Shown here: piece by piece, positions 44,529 to 54,798 of the stretch
How the letters are laid out: every line of letters starts with the position of its first letter
How positions within the stretch are numbered: position 1 is the stretch's first letter
From: Candidatus Hydrogenedentota bacterium
GTDB taxonomy: Bacteria; Hydrogenedentota; Hydrogenedentia; Hydrogenedentales; SLHB01
Direction: 5' to 3'
DNA: 64,000 nucleotides
Assembly (NCBI GenBank): GCA_963745075.1
Contig: CAVUWV010000036.1
Location: 320,001-384,000 of the forward strand
Program-made: the position numbers and the translations under genes
The notes under the pieces: model-generated
Told to the model about the DNA's origin: nothing
The model's input: only the letters and a program-made list of their open reading frames with translations
The model's database searches: none

Positions 44529-45739
44529 TATTTACGGTTACTTCCAGGACGTTGTGGCATAAAAGGACTCCGTGCTTCAGTTTTAGCAGCAACAGCTGAT
44601 GTTGAGCTATTCATGGCAACCACTATTTCGTCTCCTGCTTTCAGCCCTGAGATCACCTCATAATCCATTTCATTTGTTTCTCCCAGCACTACTCTTTGTG
44701 GTTCGATCACATTTCCGTTCTTCACCCAGATCATTTTTCCCTGTGTATTCTGACCTTCCTTTTGAATGGACGGCATTTTAATTGTTATCCCGGGATGCGT
44801 TTCCTGATATGTTTTCATAAGTTGCTGATCCGGTTTAAAATACAGTGCCTTTGCCGGCAACAATACAATATTATTTTTCTCCATCACATAAAAAGATACG
44901 TTGGCAGTCATGCCCGGCATCAGTTTCTTTTTCGGATTGGGAGCATCAATTATTACAGTATATGTAACTACATTGGAACTTACCACAGGCTGCATCCTGA
45001 TCTGAGTAACTTTTCCGTCAAACTTCATATCCGGGTAGGCATCTACAGTAAATTCCACCCGTTGCCCCAGTCTTACTCTTCCTATATCAGCTTCATCCAC
45101 ACTGGCTTCCACCTGCATTTGTGTCAGGTCGTTAGCAATAGTGAATAGGGTAGGTGTATTAAAGCTGGCGGCAACAGTCTGTCCTTCATCCACAGCCCTG
45201 TCCAGAATCACACCGTCAATCGGGGAATAGATAGTGGCATAGGACAGGTTGATCTTATTACGATCGTACACCGAGCGTGCCTGATTGAGAGAAGCTACAG
45301 CCTTGTCGTAATTATAAACGACCTGGTCATAATCCGCCTGAGCAATCAGTTTTTTAGCCATGAGCGCCTGGTAACGTTCGTAGGTAGATTTCTGGTACTT
45401 CACTTCTGCCTCAGCCTGGTCGACAGATGCCTTGCTTTGCTCCAGCTGTGCGATCAGAGGTGTCTCATCAATCCTTGCCAGCAGCTGGCCTTTCTTTACC
45501 TGCGAATTATAATCCACATAAATCTTTTTGATCACCCCGGAGACCTGGGTGCCAACCTCAACAGTCTCCAGCGCCTGCAGGGTTCCGGTAGCGGTGATCA
45601 AATCACTCAGGTTTCCCAGTTTGATTTTTTGCGTTTCCATCGTTACCACTCCCCTGGGCTTCCCAAAAGACCGGAGTAAAATCAATGCACCGGCAATAAC
45701 TACTATACCGATAATGACATATAAAGCTTTCTTTTTCAT
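44528..45739 (-). CDS. Efflux periplasmic adaptor subunit (MacA-like MFP)
   Basis: N-terminal anchor; VGTQVSG, IYSPIDG, GQTVAASFNTPTLF, LMPGMTA motifs. Confidence 0.94.
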   Translation of the reverse strand: MKKKALYVIIGIVVIAGALILLRSFGKPRGVVTMETQKIKLGNLSDLITATGTLQALETVEVGTQVSGVIKKIYVDYNSQVKKGQLLARIDETPLIAQLEQSKASVDQAEAEVKYQKSTYERYQALMAKKLIAQADYDQVVYNYDKAVASLNQARSVYDRNKINLSYATIYSPIDGVILDRAVDEGQTVAASFNTPTLFTIANDLTQMQVEASVDEADIGRVRLGQRVEFTVDAYPDMKFDGKVTQIRMQPVVSSNVVTYTVIIDAPNPKKKLMPGMTANVSFYVMEKNNIVLLPAKALYFKPDQQLMKTYQETHPGITIKMPSIQKEGQNTQGKMIWVKNGNVIEPQRVVLGETNEMDYEVISGLKAGDEIVVAMNSSTSAVAAKTEARSPFMPQRPGSNRK

Positions 45740-45849
45740 TTGTTTATATTTTAATATTCAATTGTCAGATTTATTATTTTATATGACTATCGGGAATCAT
45801 GTATAAAGCTAATATCTATTTAAAATATTGCAAGAAAAAGCATGCTTAC

Positions 45850-46100
45850 GCTGCCCCCTCCCCCCTAAAAGGGGGCTCACACACGGTTTACCAATTTCAA
45901 ATTTAGTATTAATATGTGCGCTGGCTCCCCTTCAGGGGTACTGAGCGAAGCGATCTCACGACCAGCATGTGCCTGAGCTAGTGCGAGGGAGTAACTTAGC
46001 GAAGCGATCTCACGACCAGCATGTGCGAGGGAGTAACTTAGCGAAGCGATCTCACGACCAGCATGTGCCTGAGCTAGTGCGAGGGAGTAACCAGGGGCTG
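45850..46100. repeat. REP doublet whose right arm is split by a 54/42/54-nt tandem array
   Basis: Units at 45941-45994, 45995-46036 and 46037-46090 lie between CCCCTTCAGGGG and CCAGGGGCTG; left arm CCCCCTAAAAGGGGG. Confidence 0.9.
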
Positions 46101-46165
46101 AGCGAAAGCATTGTAAAATCTGATTCATTTTAAATTTATTAATCATTCCCGATAGTCATATTATT

Positions 46166-47494
46166 TTATAATGTCAACGAAACTCCTTTGTAGAAATCAA
46201 GTATTTTATAACTAAAGATCAGGTTGTATTTTGACTGCAGCAATTTGCTCTCTGCCGTTATCAGATTGGTGCGTTCAAAAAGGTAATCGACCGAGTTGAT
46301 CAGTCCAACATTGAATTTTTCTTCAGCCACCTTGTTCGATTCCTCAAGAGCATAATATTGTTCCAGGCTTGCATTGTATTCTGTCTGGGCCGATGTTACA
46401 TCAACAACCGCCTGCTCCACAGCTTTTCGGAGCTGGTTTTTGGTATCAGTAGTGGCCAGCTCAGCATCCTTTACTCCTATTTGAGCCAGTCCGACACTTG
46501 TACGAGCCTGTTTATTCTGAAAAACAGGAACAGACAGGGTAATTCCAACTGATGGGCTCACCTGGTTCTTAAGCTGTGTGGTATAATCGAAGCCACCAGG
46601 AACACTGGAATAATTGGTACCAACACCAGCGCTTAAAGAGAGATCTGGTATCATTCCGGCTTTGGCTATCTTTTCCTGCATGATGGCCACCTGCTTGTCA
46701 GTTTCAGCTTTCTTTATCTGTGGTTTGATATCCAGTGCCTGTGCATAGATAGTACCGGCATCCGGATTACGGTCCTCAATGAGTAATGAATCAAGATTGG
46801 GTGAAGCGATGGCAAAAGAATCCGTAACCGGAAGTTCCATAAGTTGCTGAAGGCTTACCCGGGCTACTGCAAGCTGACTGTTAGCATTGGCCAGTGTAAG
46901 TTTTTCGCCGGCCAGTTCTGATTTGATCTGCAGATAGTCCGACTGCGAGATCATACTCAGGTCGAGGCGTTCTTTGGCCAGGACCAGTTGCTCTTTGGTA
47001 GCATCAATCTGCTTTTGCGCATTGCTTACGCTCTCCTGTGCATAAAGTACCTGCAGGTATGCATTCAGGATATCCAGTTCAACCGACTCCCTGATCGTTT
47101 CTGTGTTATAGTTACTGCTTTGCAGGTTCAGTTCATTCTGTTTTAGCTGATTGTTAAGCCTGAAACCATTAAACAGGGTCATATTTGAGCTTAGTGAATA
47201 ACTGGTGTTGTTAGAGCCTGTCATTGACCCGTAATTACCCGTTTGATTGTCAATTCCCTTATCCCAGACAAAATTCTGCCGGACAGCTCCGGTGAGGGAA
47301 GGGAGCCGGGCTGCTCTTGCCTGTTCAATATACAACTGATCACGGTCACCCGAAAGGCCGGCCTGCTGTACCTGGATGTTCTTACTCAGTGCATAATTGA
47401 TACAATCATCCAGGGTCCAGGTTTTTTCCTGAGCTTTGCTACCAGCAGCCAGCGCCAGAAATACAAAGGTTGTCAATAAAATTTTTGTTCGCAT
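46166..47494 (-). CDS. TolC-family outer-membrane efflux protein
   Basis: Signal peptide from MRTKILL; WTLDDCINYALSKN; two helical repeats; first gene of the efflux operon. Confidence 0.93.
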   Translation of the reverse strand: MRTKILLTTFVFLALAAGSKAQEKTWTLDDCINYALSKNIQVQQAGLSGDRDQLYIEQARAARLPSLTGAVRQNFVWDKGIDNQTGNYGSMTGSNNTSYSLSSNMTLFNGFRLNNQLKQNELNLQSSNYNTETIRESVELDILNAYLQVLYAQESVSNAQKQIDATKEQLVLAKERLDLSMISQSDYLQIKSELAGEKLTLANANSQLAVARVSLQQLMELPVTDSFAIASPNLDSLLIEDRNPDAGTIYAQALDIKPQIKKAETDKQVAIMQEKIAKAGMIPDLSLSAGVGTNYSSVPGGFDYTTQLKNQVSPSVGITLSVPVFQNKQARTSVGLAQIGVKDAELATTDTKNQLRKAVEQAVVDVTSAQTEYNASLEQYYALEESNKVAEEKFNVGLINSVDYLFERTNLITAESKLLQSKYNLIFSYKILDFYKGVSLTL

Positions 47495-47609
47495 TTTCTT
47501 ATTCACTTTATTAATCTGGGTAAAAGTAGTCTCAGCCTGAAGCAAATAAAAACAGAATAGATGTATGGGGAGATTTTATCGACGGAAGGGGAATGTTTGG
47601 GTAGGAAGG

Positions 47610-48220
47610 GCAGTTGTAACTCAGTTGTTTATTCGGTTGCTTATTTCGGTTGTTTGTTCAGTTGTTTATTACTCGCTCGCACAAGGCCGGGCCACGACCC
47701 GGATGCTACTCCCTCACACATACCTGGCCACAGCCTGGTCGTGAGCTTGACCCGCGCAAAGTCTACCCCGCTTACCAAAGCTCAAGGTTCGTGATGCTTG
47801 CCCACACCGGGCCCTCACATAAGCCAAGGGCAAGGATTCAGTTGTTTCATGAGTTTCAGATTGTTTCAGGTTGTTTCAGGGTTCAAATTAACGCAAAGCC
47901 CTCCTTGTCACTTTGTTACTTAAGTTACTCACTCCCGCATGGCCAGGCCACAACCCGTTCGTGATCCTTGCCTTCACCAGGCCCTCGCTCCTACCAAAGG
48001 CAAGGATTGTTACCTTGTTACTATTTTCGCTCGTGATCCTTGCCCACACCAGGTCCTCGCTCGTGCCAAAGGCAAAGATTCAGTTGTTTGTTCAATTGAT
48101 GGTTCAAGGTCTCGCTTGGACTCCATATTATTTATTTAAGTGTTTGAAGGTTTGAGGTTGTTTGAAATGGTTACAAATGGTTCCAGATGGTTTCAAGTTG
48201 TTTCAAGTTGTTTCAGGCAG
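47610..48220 (+). repeat. Largest composite modular repeat island (several A units, four TCGTGA hairpins, 83-nt core at 47926-48008)
   Basis: A units at 47670, 47707 and 47926; hairpins at ~47739, 47789, 47959 and 48031; the core differs from 31284-31366 by one base. Confidence 0.9.
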
Positions 48221-48392
48221 CTAAAAATACACGCCGGTTGTTTTTTTGACGAACGGAATACAATACTTGCCGGTTTTTGATCGTTTACCTGATAATCCTG
48301 TGACCGTTACAGGATCCGTTTGCGCAAATGAACCGTTTAATGTGAATTGGTTAACTGAACCGAACCTATTATTAATTAAAATTCTTTAAACC

Positions 48393-49472
48393 ATGAAAAG
48401 GAAGCTCAATATTATTGGTGCAGTTCTTCTTTCAGCATCGCTGCTTTGGAGTTGTACTGAAAGTAAGATTGCCGGACCGCAGAAAAGTCTCAAAGAATCT
48501 CTGACAGCCGGCAGTGAAAAGGTAAATACTGCGATTGATGAAATTGCAAAAACACCCGGTTACAGTGTCCTGAATATGGGACAGGATGCCGCACTCAAGG
48601 CAGGAACAACTGATACGGTTGAATATTTTGACAGTATCTCTCTTGCTGACATCAGTGGTATATACGAGTACCGGTTCGCCCAGGCGAACTACCGTTGCCA
48701 CAGTTGTTTCCACAGAAAATTCGTGAAAACAGGAGACAGTTCGCTGTTGATTGTTATGCTGCCTGAAAAACAGGTATTCCATCCTTACAGGCTGCATCAT
48801 ATGTATGCAGAAGATTCAACCCTGGAAAACAATTTCAAGATCACAGCCACTGATTATCACTACTTTTTCAACAGGGGTCTGATGTACGACTACAAGCTTA
48901 CCGCAGGCCTCATGCTTGACAGCACCGATATCGGCAGCATGGATATTGAGTCGAACCGAGACTCCTGGAAAGAGTTCAACTACAGTTCTTCCTACAATTT
49001 CAGTAACGATTACAGCATCAACTTCTCCAGGATGACCGGAGACACTTCACTATTCAGCTTTTCGTTAATGAACGGAACCGATGTACTGCTCAAAGAATCG
49101 CTCCAGACCGTTAAGAATGATACCGCCTGGGGTCGGGAGAAGGAATATACGCTTGCCATCGGAAATGTGGAAATAGTAAGAAATACCTCAACCGATAGTA
49201 TTGCGGTTTATGTAGATGGTGTATTGCAAAAAAATGCTACTGTTGATTTTATCTATAGCGAACCCAACAGGGGTGATTGCCGGTTTACAGCAAGCACCCG
49301 GGACATTCAGATCACTTTTGATGACGGCACACAAACCACGCTCTCAGAACTTATCGGTCCTTCGATGGATATCCTTAAAAACCTGGTAAGCTCAATGCAT
49401 AACATGTACTTTGCATCTAATGTGGTTGACTATATAGCCTGGAACATCCACAAAGGGCGCATCAGTAAGTAA
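48393..49472 (+). CDS. Hypothetical lipoprotein
   Basis: Lipobox LWSC; 359 aa; no family recognised; followed by a terminator. Confidence 0.8.
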   Translation: MKRKLNIIGAVLLSASLLWSCTESKIAGPQKSLKESLTAGSEKVNTAIDEIAKTPGYSVLNMGQDAALKAGTTDTVEYFDSISLADISGIYEYRFAQANYRCHSCFHRKFVKTGDSSLLIVMLPEKQVFHPYRLHHMYAEDSTLENNFKITATDYHYFFNRGLMYDYKLTAGLMLDSTDIGSMDIESNRDSWKEFNYSSSYNFSNDYSINFSRMTGDTSLFSFSLMNGTDVLLKESLQTVKNDTAWGREKEYTLAIGNVEIVRNTSTDSIAVYVDGVLQKNATVDFIYSEPNRGDCRFTASTRDIQITFDDGTQTTLSELIGPSMDILKNLVSSMHNMYFASNVVDYIAWNIHKGRISK

Positions 49473-49519
49473 GAAAATGGATTTGTCTTGCCCAATGCCT
49501 GGTTGAGTCAGACAATCCA

Positions 49520-49562
49520 AAAGCAGGGAGGTTTATGAAAGGCTTCCCTGCTTTCTTTTTTC
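49520..49562 (+). terminator. Intrinsic, probably bidirectional terminator between convergent genes
   Basis: Stem AAAGCAGGGA/TCCCTGCTTT followed by CTTTTTT; A-run on the other side. Confidence 0.75.
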
Positions 49563-49570
49563 AGGAATGG

Positions 49571-50575
49571 TTATTCTTTCAAAAAATTAATAAGCGGTGT
49601 AATAAACCTGTCAAATGCTTCAATATGTGGCAGGTGTCCGACATTATCCAGTTCAACCAGTCTACTGTTTTTAATCTTCTGGTGGGTGATTTTTCCAAGT
49701 TCCGGATAGTTTCCCATTGTTTTTCTCACTTCCGGACTGACCAGTGATTTTCCCAGGGCTGTACGGTCCCGTTGTCCGATAATCAGCAGTGTAGGCCTTT
49801 CTATATTCTCAAACTCATAGCAGACGGGCTGGGTGAATATCATGTCGTAAGTAAGGGCAGCAACCCAGGCAATACGAGGATAATCAATATTCAGCGTCCA
49901 GCCGGCCAGAATATTTACCCATTCATCATAAGCAGGCTTCCAGTGATTCCCGTAATAACTTTCCATCTGGTATTTTTTAATTGACTGATAATTCTTATTC
50001 AATTCATTATGATACCACCAATCGACAGGTTTGTAGGGCACATTCACTTTCCAGTCTTCCAGCCCGATAGGATCTTCAAGGATAAATTTGTCTGTTCTCT
50101 CCGGGAACATTAGCACAAACCTGGTAGCTACCATTCCTCCCATTGAATGACCCAGGACGCTTATCCGGTCAATCCCGAGTGTATCAAGCAGTGCTTTGGT
50201 ATTAAGAGCCAGTTGCTGAAAAGTATACTGGTAATGAATGGGCTTAGATGATTTACCAAACCCAATCTGATCAGGTATTACTACTCTGAAGCCTTCGTCA
50301 GCCAGCCTCTCCGCTGTTTGTCCCCAATATGCACCGTTGAAATTTTTACCATGCAACAACATAATGCTCTTCCCGTTAGGATGCTCCGGCTGAACATCCA
50401 TATAAGCCATCTTGTATTGTTGTTGCTGATTGTGTATTGTAATATACCGGACTGTATAGGGATATGTATAATTTTCCAGGTTAAGGGCCATTACTTTCAG
50501 GCTGTCAGGCTGACCGGCAACATTTATTATCAGCAGCCCTGTAAGAATAAATAATAGAAAGCTTTTTTTAAACAT
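49571..50575 (-). CDS. Secreted alpha/beta hydrolase
   Basis: Signal peptide; LLHGKNF, PDQIGFGKS, GHSMGG nucleophile elbow, GHLPH. Confidence 0.92.
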   Translation of the reverse strand: MFKKSFLLFILTGLLIINVAGQPDSLKVMALNLENYTYPYTVRYITIHNQQQQYKMAYMDVQPEHPNGKSIMLLHGKNFNGAYWGQTAERLADEGFRVVIPDQIGFGKSSKPIHYQYTFQQLALNTKALLDTLGIDRISVLGHSMGGMVATRFVLMFPERTDKFILEDPIGLEDWKVNVPYKPVDWWYHNELNKNYQSIKKYQMESYYGNHWKPAYDEWVNILAGWTLNIDYPRIAWVAALTYDMIFTQPVCYEFENIERPTLLIIGQRDRTALGKSLVSPEVRKTMGNYPELGKITHQKIKNSRLVELDNVGHLPHIEAFDRFITPLINFLKE

Positions 50576-50680
50576 GATTCAGATTTTAGGGTTTATTCCA
50601 TCAACAAACTGCCTGTATGATTGTTTGCAAATGAATAATGAAGAATAAACAGGGTTTCTGACCAGATTTATAAGAACAAT

Positions 50681-50847
50681 AAAAGCATGAAAGCCACGGA
50701 CAGCATGTCCGCGGCAGGTGGAAGATATACTGGAAAGACAAATAAGCTATTTTACCAGAAACTTAATTCTACAGCCTCTATAACTTCTACCTCCTCTACC
50801 TCCTCTACAGCTTTTACAGCCTTTACAACCTCTATAACTTCTACCTC
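50681..50847 (+). repeat. REP-like hairpin plus 9-mer tandem tract
   Basis: GCCACGGACAGCATGTCCGCGGC hairpin (copy at ~40082); nine CTCTACAGC/CTCTATAAC-like units at 50767-50847. Confidence 0.75.
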
Positions 50848-53338
50848 ACAACTTCTCCGCAGCCAGTACCAGCAACATAAAATTAGTAGACCCGCCCCCC
50901 AGCACATATTCAGTTTGCTGCCAGAAGAAAGGCCATTTTTTCAGTTCCGCAAAATCCGGACGTATCAGGGCTGTTCCGGAAACTACTCCACCGGGAATGT
51001 ACGACCAGTCAGCGCGGTTAAACCCGTAAGCTACTGTTACTGAGTTCTCCCCTACCCCTGAAGCAAATGAAGCGCTGTTTTGCCCGGGATGACAACCCAG
51101 CACAAAATTCAGCGCATGCAGGTAGTAATCCTTGCTGATCTGGTCAGGAAAATAGGTACTCAGAAAATAATTTTTCACACCGTTGCTCTGGATATCCCAT
51201 CCGGCACCCCAGATATTGGGCTTGTAAGGCACACCAAAGGGAGTCAGGCCTGAAAGGCTGTCAATTTGTTTTCCCAGATCCCGGGCAGCCTGTTTGACAG
51301 AATTTTTCATGGCACCATCACCCAGGTCATTCATGATACTGCCCAGCCGCCAACCGATCTGATTAAACGAAGAAACCGTCTGATCCGGATGATTTTCAAT
51401 AAATGTAAGATATTGTTTGTCTTTGGTGGTATTATACAATTCAACAGCCAGTCTGAGCAGATCAGCGTCCACTGTGCTCTGATACTGTTGCCAGGTTGCT
51501 TTAGCTATGGAAAGTGCTTCCCGGGCCATTTGGCCGTTCAGTTCCCCAATCACCCGTGATGCAGTTGCCAGTGCAATGCCAGCCGTCAGATCATGTCCAC
51601 GGTTTTGTTGTGTAAACACCCATCTGTCATCAGCCTTGCCTGCTGAAAAAATATTCTCATCAGCTTTCTTTTCTGAAGGTGTATACACTCTGTTATCCGT
51701 CATGTTGGCAGCATCACCCAGCATTACATACTGATCAAGCGACGGACAGATGATGCCCCGGTAAAAACGACCCAGCGATTCATATCCACCCATAATGGTC
51801 AGCATTCCGTGTTCCACCTGCTGCAACACATCCGGTATGCCATCGGGTTGATGCATCTTCACCTGGTGGTTTTGTTCATCAATAGTAGTTACATCATAAT
51901 CCGGCTTAAATGTCTCGTATGCCAGAGAAAGCAGGTAAACCGTGTTGGCCTGCGATTCAATCCGCAAGTCAAAATCACCGGCATCATGCCAGCCGCCTGC
52001 ATCCAGTCCGGGAACATGTTCACCTGATTTAAAGGGAGACAATGTTGAAGGACCCTGGATGTATCCATCAAAATGATTGGAATCAACCGGTGCCATCCGG
52101 GCATCATCCATATGGCACAGGCCGTGCCATATGCGATATCGGTCTTTAACGATCATGTGGCACATCTGCACCGGCAGGAAATATTCCAGTACTGGCTGCC
52201 ATACACCTTGCTGATAGACAGCGTTACTGATCTCAAAGAGATTGGAATGCACTTTTCCATAAGTGAAATAATATATTCCGGGCTCACTGACTGATGAAAA
52301 ATCGGATTTCAGGTAATTATACCGCAGAAATCTGCCCCAGGAGGCAGGTTGGCGGGAGAATACTTCGTGCTCACTTCCATTTTCATCCACCCTGAGCAGT
52401 TTAATTGCTGCATCTTTGGTATCATTCTTATCTTTTTCAACCACCACCGATTTGGGTTGTGAAGGCTGATAACCGACCTGCGAAACATGAATAACCGGCT
52501 TTTCGACAAAGCCTTTTATAACTGAAGGTTCCACCAGCCAGTCAATGACATTCCCATCCTTGTCAGCAGCTGCTTTGGCATTCACAATAAACCAGCCATT
52601 GCTGTGCTCAGCCCTGCCGTCAATCATGTTCAGGTCCGACAGGTTACTGGTGATTGTAAGCTGAAGTTTTTCATCACCCGGAGCAATAACCAGTTTTTTA
52701 CCTGCAGCCATTGGTTTAGCGACAAACTTGTCTTCTCCCGTTTTGTCAACCGGACTGTCGAACTGCCTGGGAAAAATTCCTGACTCACCATCCATATAAA
52801 AACGTTTGCCGAAATATACACCAGGGAATAATTCCAGGTTAAATCCAACCTTGCCCAGCCACTCTTTTGGCAAGGGCTTATCCAGTTTCACCGTGATACG
52901 GAAAGCTTTACCTTCAGCTTTAACTGATACCTCATAAGGCAGATAAAGATCCGGATAGAAGATGGGATTAAATCCTTTCCCGTTGCGGGATGAATCAGGG
53001 AACACCATTCTCACTGAGATGATCTGGTTTATAGAATCCACCTCACGAGCAGCCTGCCGCGGGATGGGTGACCACTGCCCCGGAGCCTCTTCCAGTCTCA
53101 GGTCGCCATTGGTAGCAACCCGTACTCCGTTCTGTATAAAGCTGACACCTCCCTGATGTCCTTCAGGATAGTAATCCTGCCCAAGCATCACGTTCAGACC
53201 AGGCATTTCAAAATACCCCTGGTCATTCAGGGCAAGATTATTTTTATCTGTTTGCCTGTTGCAACCGGTGAAGATCATTCCGGTAAATATGATCAACAGA
53301 AAAAGATATTTTGTGTTGTTAGTCTTGTAGTTAGTCAT
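50846..53338 (-). CDS. GH9 glycoside hydrolase lipoprotein with Ig-like domain
   Basis: Lipobox FTGC; HVSQVGY (Ig-like domain); GGWHDAGDFD catalytic motif; NFVLGCHP; TEYV. Confidence 0.88.
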   Translation of the reverse strand: MTNYKTNNTKYLFLLIIFTGMIFTGCNRQTDKNNLALNDQGYFEMPGLNVMLGQDYYPEGHQGGVSFIQNGVRVATNGDLRLEEAPGQWSPIPRQAAREVDSINQIISVRMVFPDSSRNGKGFNPIFYPDLYLPYEVSVKAEGKAFRITVKLDKPLPKEWLGKVGFNLELFPGVYFGKRFYMDGESGIFPRQFDSPVDKTGEDKFVAKPMAAGKKLVIAPGDEKLQLTITSNLSDLNMIDGRAEHSNGWFIVNAKAAADKDGNVIDWLVEPSVIKGFVEKPVIHVSQVGYQPSQPKSVVVEKDKNDTKDAAIKLLRVDENGSEHEVFSRQPASWGRFLRYNYLKSDFSSVSEPGIYYFTYGKVHSNLFEISNAVYQQGVWQPVLEYFLPVQMCHMIVKDRYRIWHGLCHMDDARMAPVDSNHFDGYIQGPSTLSPFKSGEHVPGLDAGGWHDAGDFDLRIESQANTVYLLSLAYETFKPDYDVTTIDEQNHQVKMHQPDGIPDVLQQVEHGMLTIMGGYESLGRFYRGIICPSLDQYVMLGDAANMTDNRVYTPSEKKADENIFSAGKADDRWVFTQQNRGHDLTAGIALATASRVIGELNGQMAREALSIAKATWQQYQSTVDADLLRLAVELYNTTKDKQYLTFIENHPDQTVSSFNQIGWRLGSIMNDLGDGAMKNSVKQAARDLGKQIDSLSGLTPFGVPYKPNIWGAGWDIQSNGVKNYFLSTYFPDQISKDYYLHALNFVLGCHPGQNSASFASGVGENSVTVAYGFNRADWSYIPGGVVSGTALIRPDFAELKKWPFFWQQTEYVLGGGSTNFMLLVLAAEKL

Positions 53339-53662
53339 GTTTAAAATAAATTTATGAAAAGCGTAACGGGTATGAAGATAGTAAAAATAAGATTAGTGAC
53401 AAGCCTGTTTTAACCCAGTCAGAATTTAGCTGTTAAGATCTTACAAATATTTTTTACAGACCGGTATTATTTTTTTAAATGCCAGTAGTAATTTATCAAA
53501 TCCATACAGTCTCATTCCTTCGTGATGCCCAAAACAAAAGGCAAACCATTCTGTCTTACTTAATGATCAGAGCTTCCAGGAATTTGAAATCCGCCAAAAT
53601 ACAATTATATTTATGATCTGATATTAAGTTGTATAAATTGATCATTTTATAATACTACTAAC

Positions 53663-54793
53663 ATGAAAAAACTACTCACATTGACTTTTCTATTGGCCTT
53701 GTTGTATTCGTGCACTAATAAAGCACAGGACATGCCCATTGACAAACAGGCCACACAGGAGACAGTTAATCTTTATAACAATCTGAAAAAAATAGAAAAA
53801 AGAGGCTTTATGGTTGGTCACCAGGACGACCTGGCCTATGGCGTAAACTGGAAGTATGAGCCGGGCCGAAGTGATATTCATGATATTACCGGGGATTACC
53901 CTGCCGTATATGGCTGGGAGCTGGGACATCTGGAGATTGGTGCACCGGTGAACCTGGACAGTGTCCCCTTTGCCAAAATGAGGGAATTCATTCAGGAAGG
54001 TTATGAACGCGGAGGAGTGATCACGATAAGCTGGCACGGCAATAATCCCCTTACCGGCAAAACTGCCTGGGATCCGAAGGAAGGTACAGTGGAAGCCATC
54101 CTTCCCGGCGGTGAAAAGAATGATGTGTTCAACGCGCAACTTGATAAAGTAGCAGCATTCCTGCAAAGCCTCAAAGGAAAAAACGGTGAACCCATACCAA
54201 TATTGTTCCGGCCGTTCCACGAACATACCGGCGGGTGGTTCTGGTGGGGAAACCGTACGACCAGCAATGAATCATACAAAAAACTTTTCCGTTATACCGT
54301 TGATTATCTGAAAGATAAAAAACAACTTCATAACCTGCTTTATGTCTACAATACAGGAAGTGAATTTTCTTCACCGGAAGAATACCTGGAACGCTATCCC
54401 GGTGATGATGTAGTGGATATGCTGAGTTTTGACATCTACCAGCGGGGAGATGCAGCCAAAGACAGCTCCTATACCTATTCTCTTGACAAACACCTGGGCA
54501 TCATTGAAAAGCTGGCGGCTGAAAAGAACAAGATAGCCACGGTGGGCGAAACCGGCTATTCCCAGATTCCCTATGCCCAGTGGTTTACCAGAAGGGTATA
54601 CCCCGGACTTAAAAACCACAAATTCTCTTATGTCCTGTTCTGGCGAAACGCAGGTTACAAACCACAAAATGATGAGATTGAATATTATGTGCCTTATAAG
54701 GGCCAGCTTTCTGAAGAAGATTTTCTTAAATTCTATAACCTGCCTCAGACACTTTTTCAGAGTGATCTGACTTATGACGAAGTATATAAATAA
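53663..54793 (+). CDS. GH26 beta-mannanase lipoprotein
   Basis: Lipobox LYSC; GHQDDLAYG, RPFHEHTGGWFWWG, YPGDDVVD, GETG, LFWRN motifs. Confidence 0.93.
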   Translation: MKKLLTLTFLLALLYSCTNKAQDMPIDKQATQETVNLYNNLKKIEKRGFMVGHQDDLAYGVNWKYEPGRSDIHDITGDYPAVYGWELGHLEIGAPVNLDSVPFAKMREFIQEGYERGGVITISWHGNNPLTGKTAWDPKEGTVEAILPGGEKNDVFNAQLDKVAAFLQSLKGKNGEPIPILFRPFHEHTGGWFWWGNRTTSNESYKKLFRYTVDYLKDKKQLHNLLYVYNTGSEFSSPEEYLERYPGDDVVDMLSFDIYQRGDAAKDSSYTYSLDKHLGIIEKLAAEKNKIATVGETGYSQIPYAQWFTRRVYPGLKNHKFSYVLFWRNAGYKPQNDEIEYYVPYKGQLSEEDFLKFYNLPQTLFQSDLTYDEVYK

Positions 54794-54798
54794 CTATT

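Noticed and set aside
45941..46090. CRISPR array
   Set aside because: The units are contiguous with no unique spacers, and there are no cas genes in the window.
45877..46146. 89-aa repeat-containing protein
   Set aside because: It arises from the tandem DNA array and REP arms with no protein-family signal; kept only as a note in the finding.
47561..47612. LytTR-binding direct repeats (GGAAGGG twice, 20-nt period) upstream of tolC
   Set aside because: Only a short purine-rich match at the edge of a repeat island; too weak to call.
50687..51043. Ser/Thr-rich ORF
   Set aside because: It is a translation of the 9-mer tract and lies antisense to the end of the GH9 gene.
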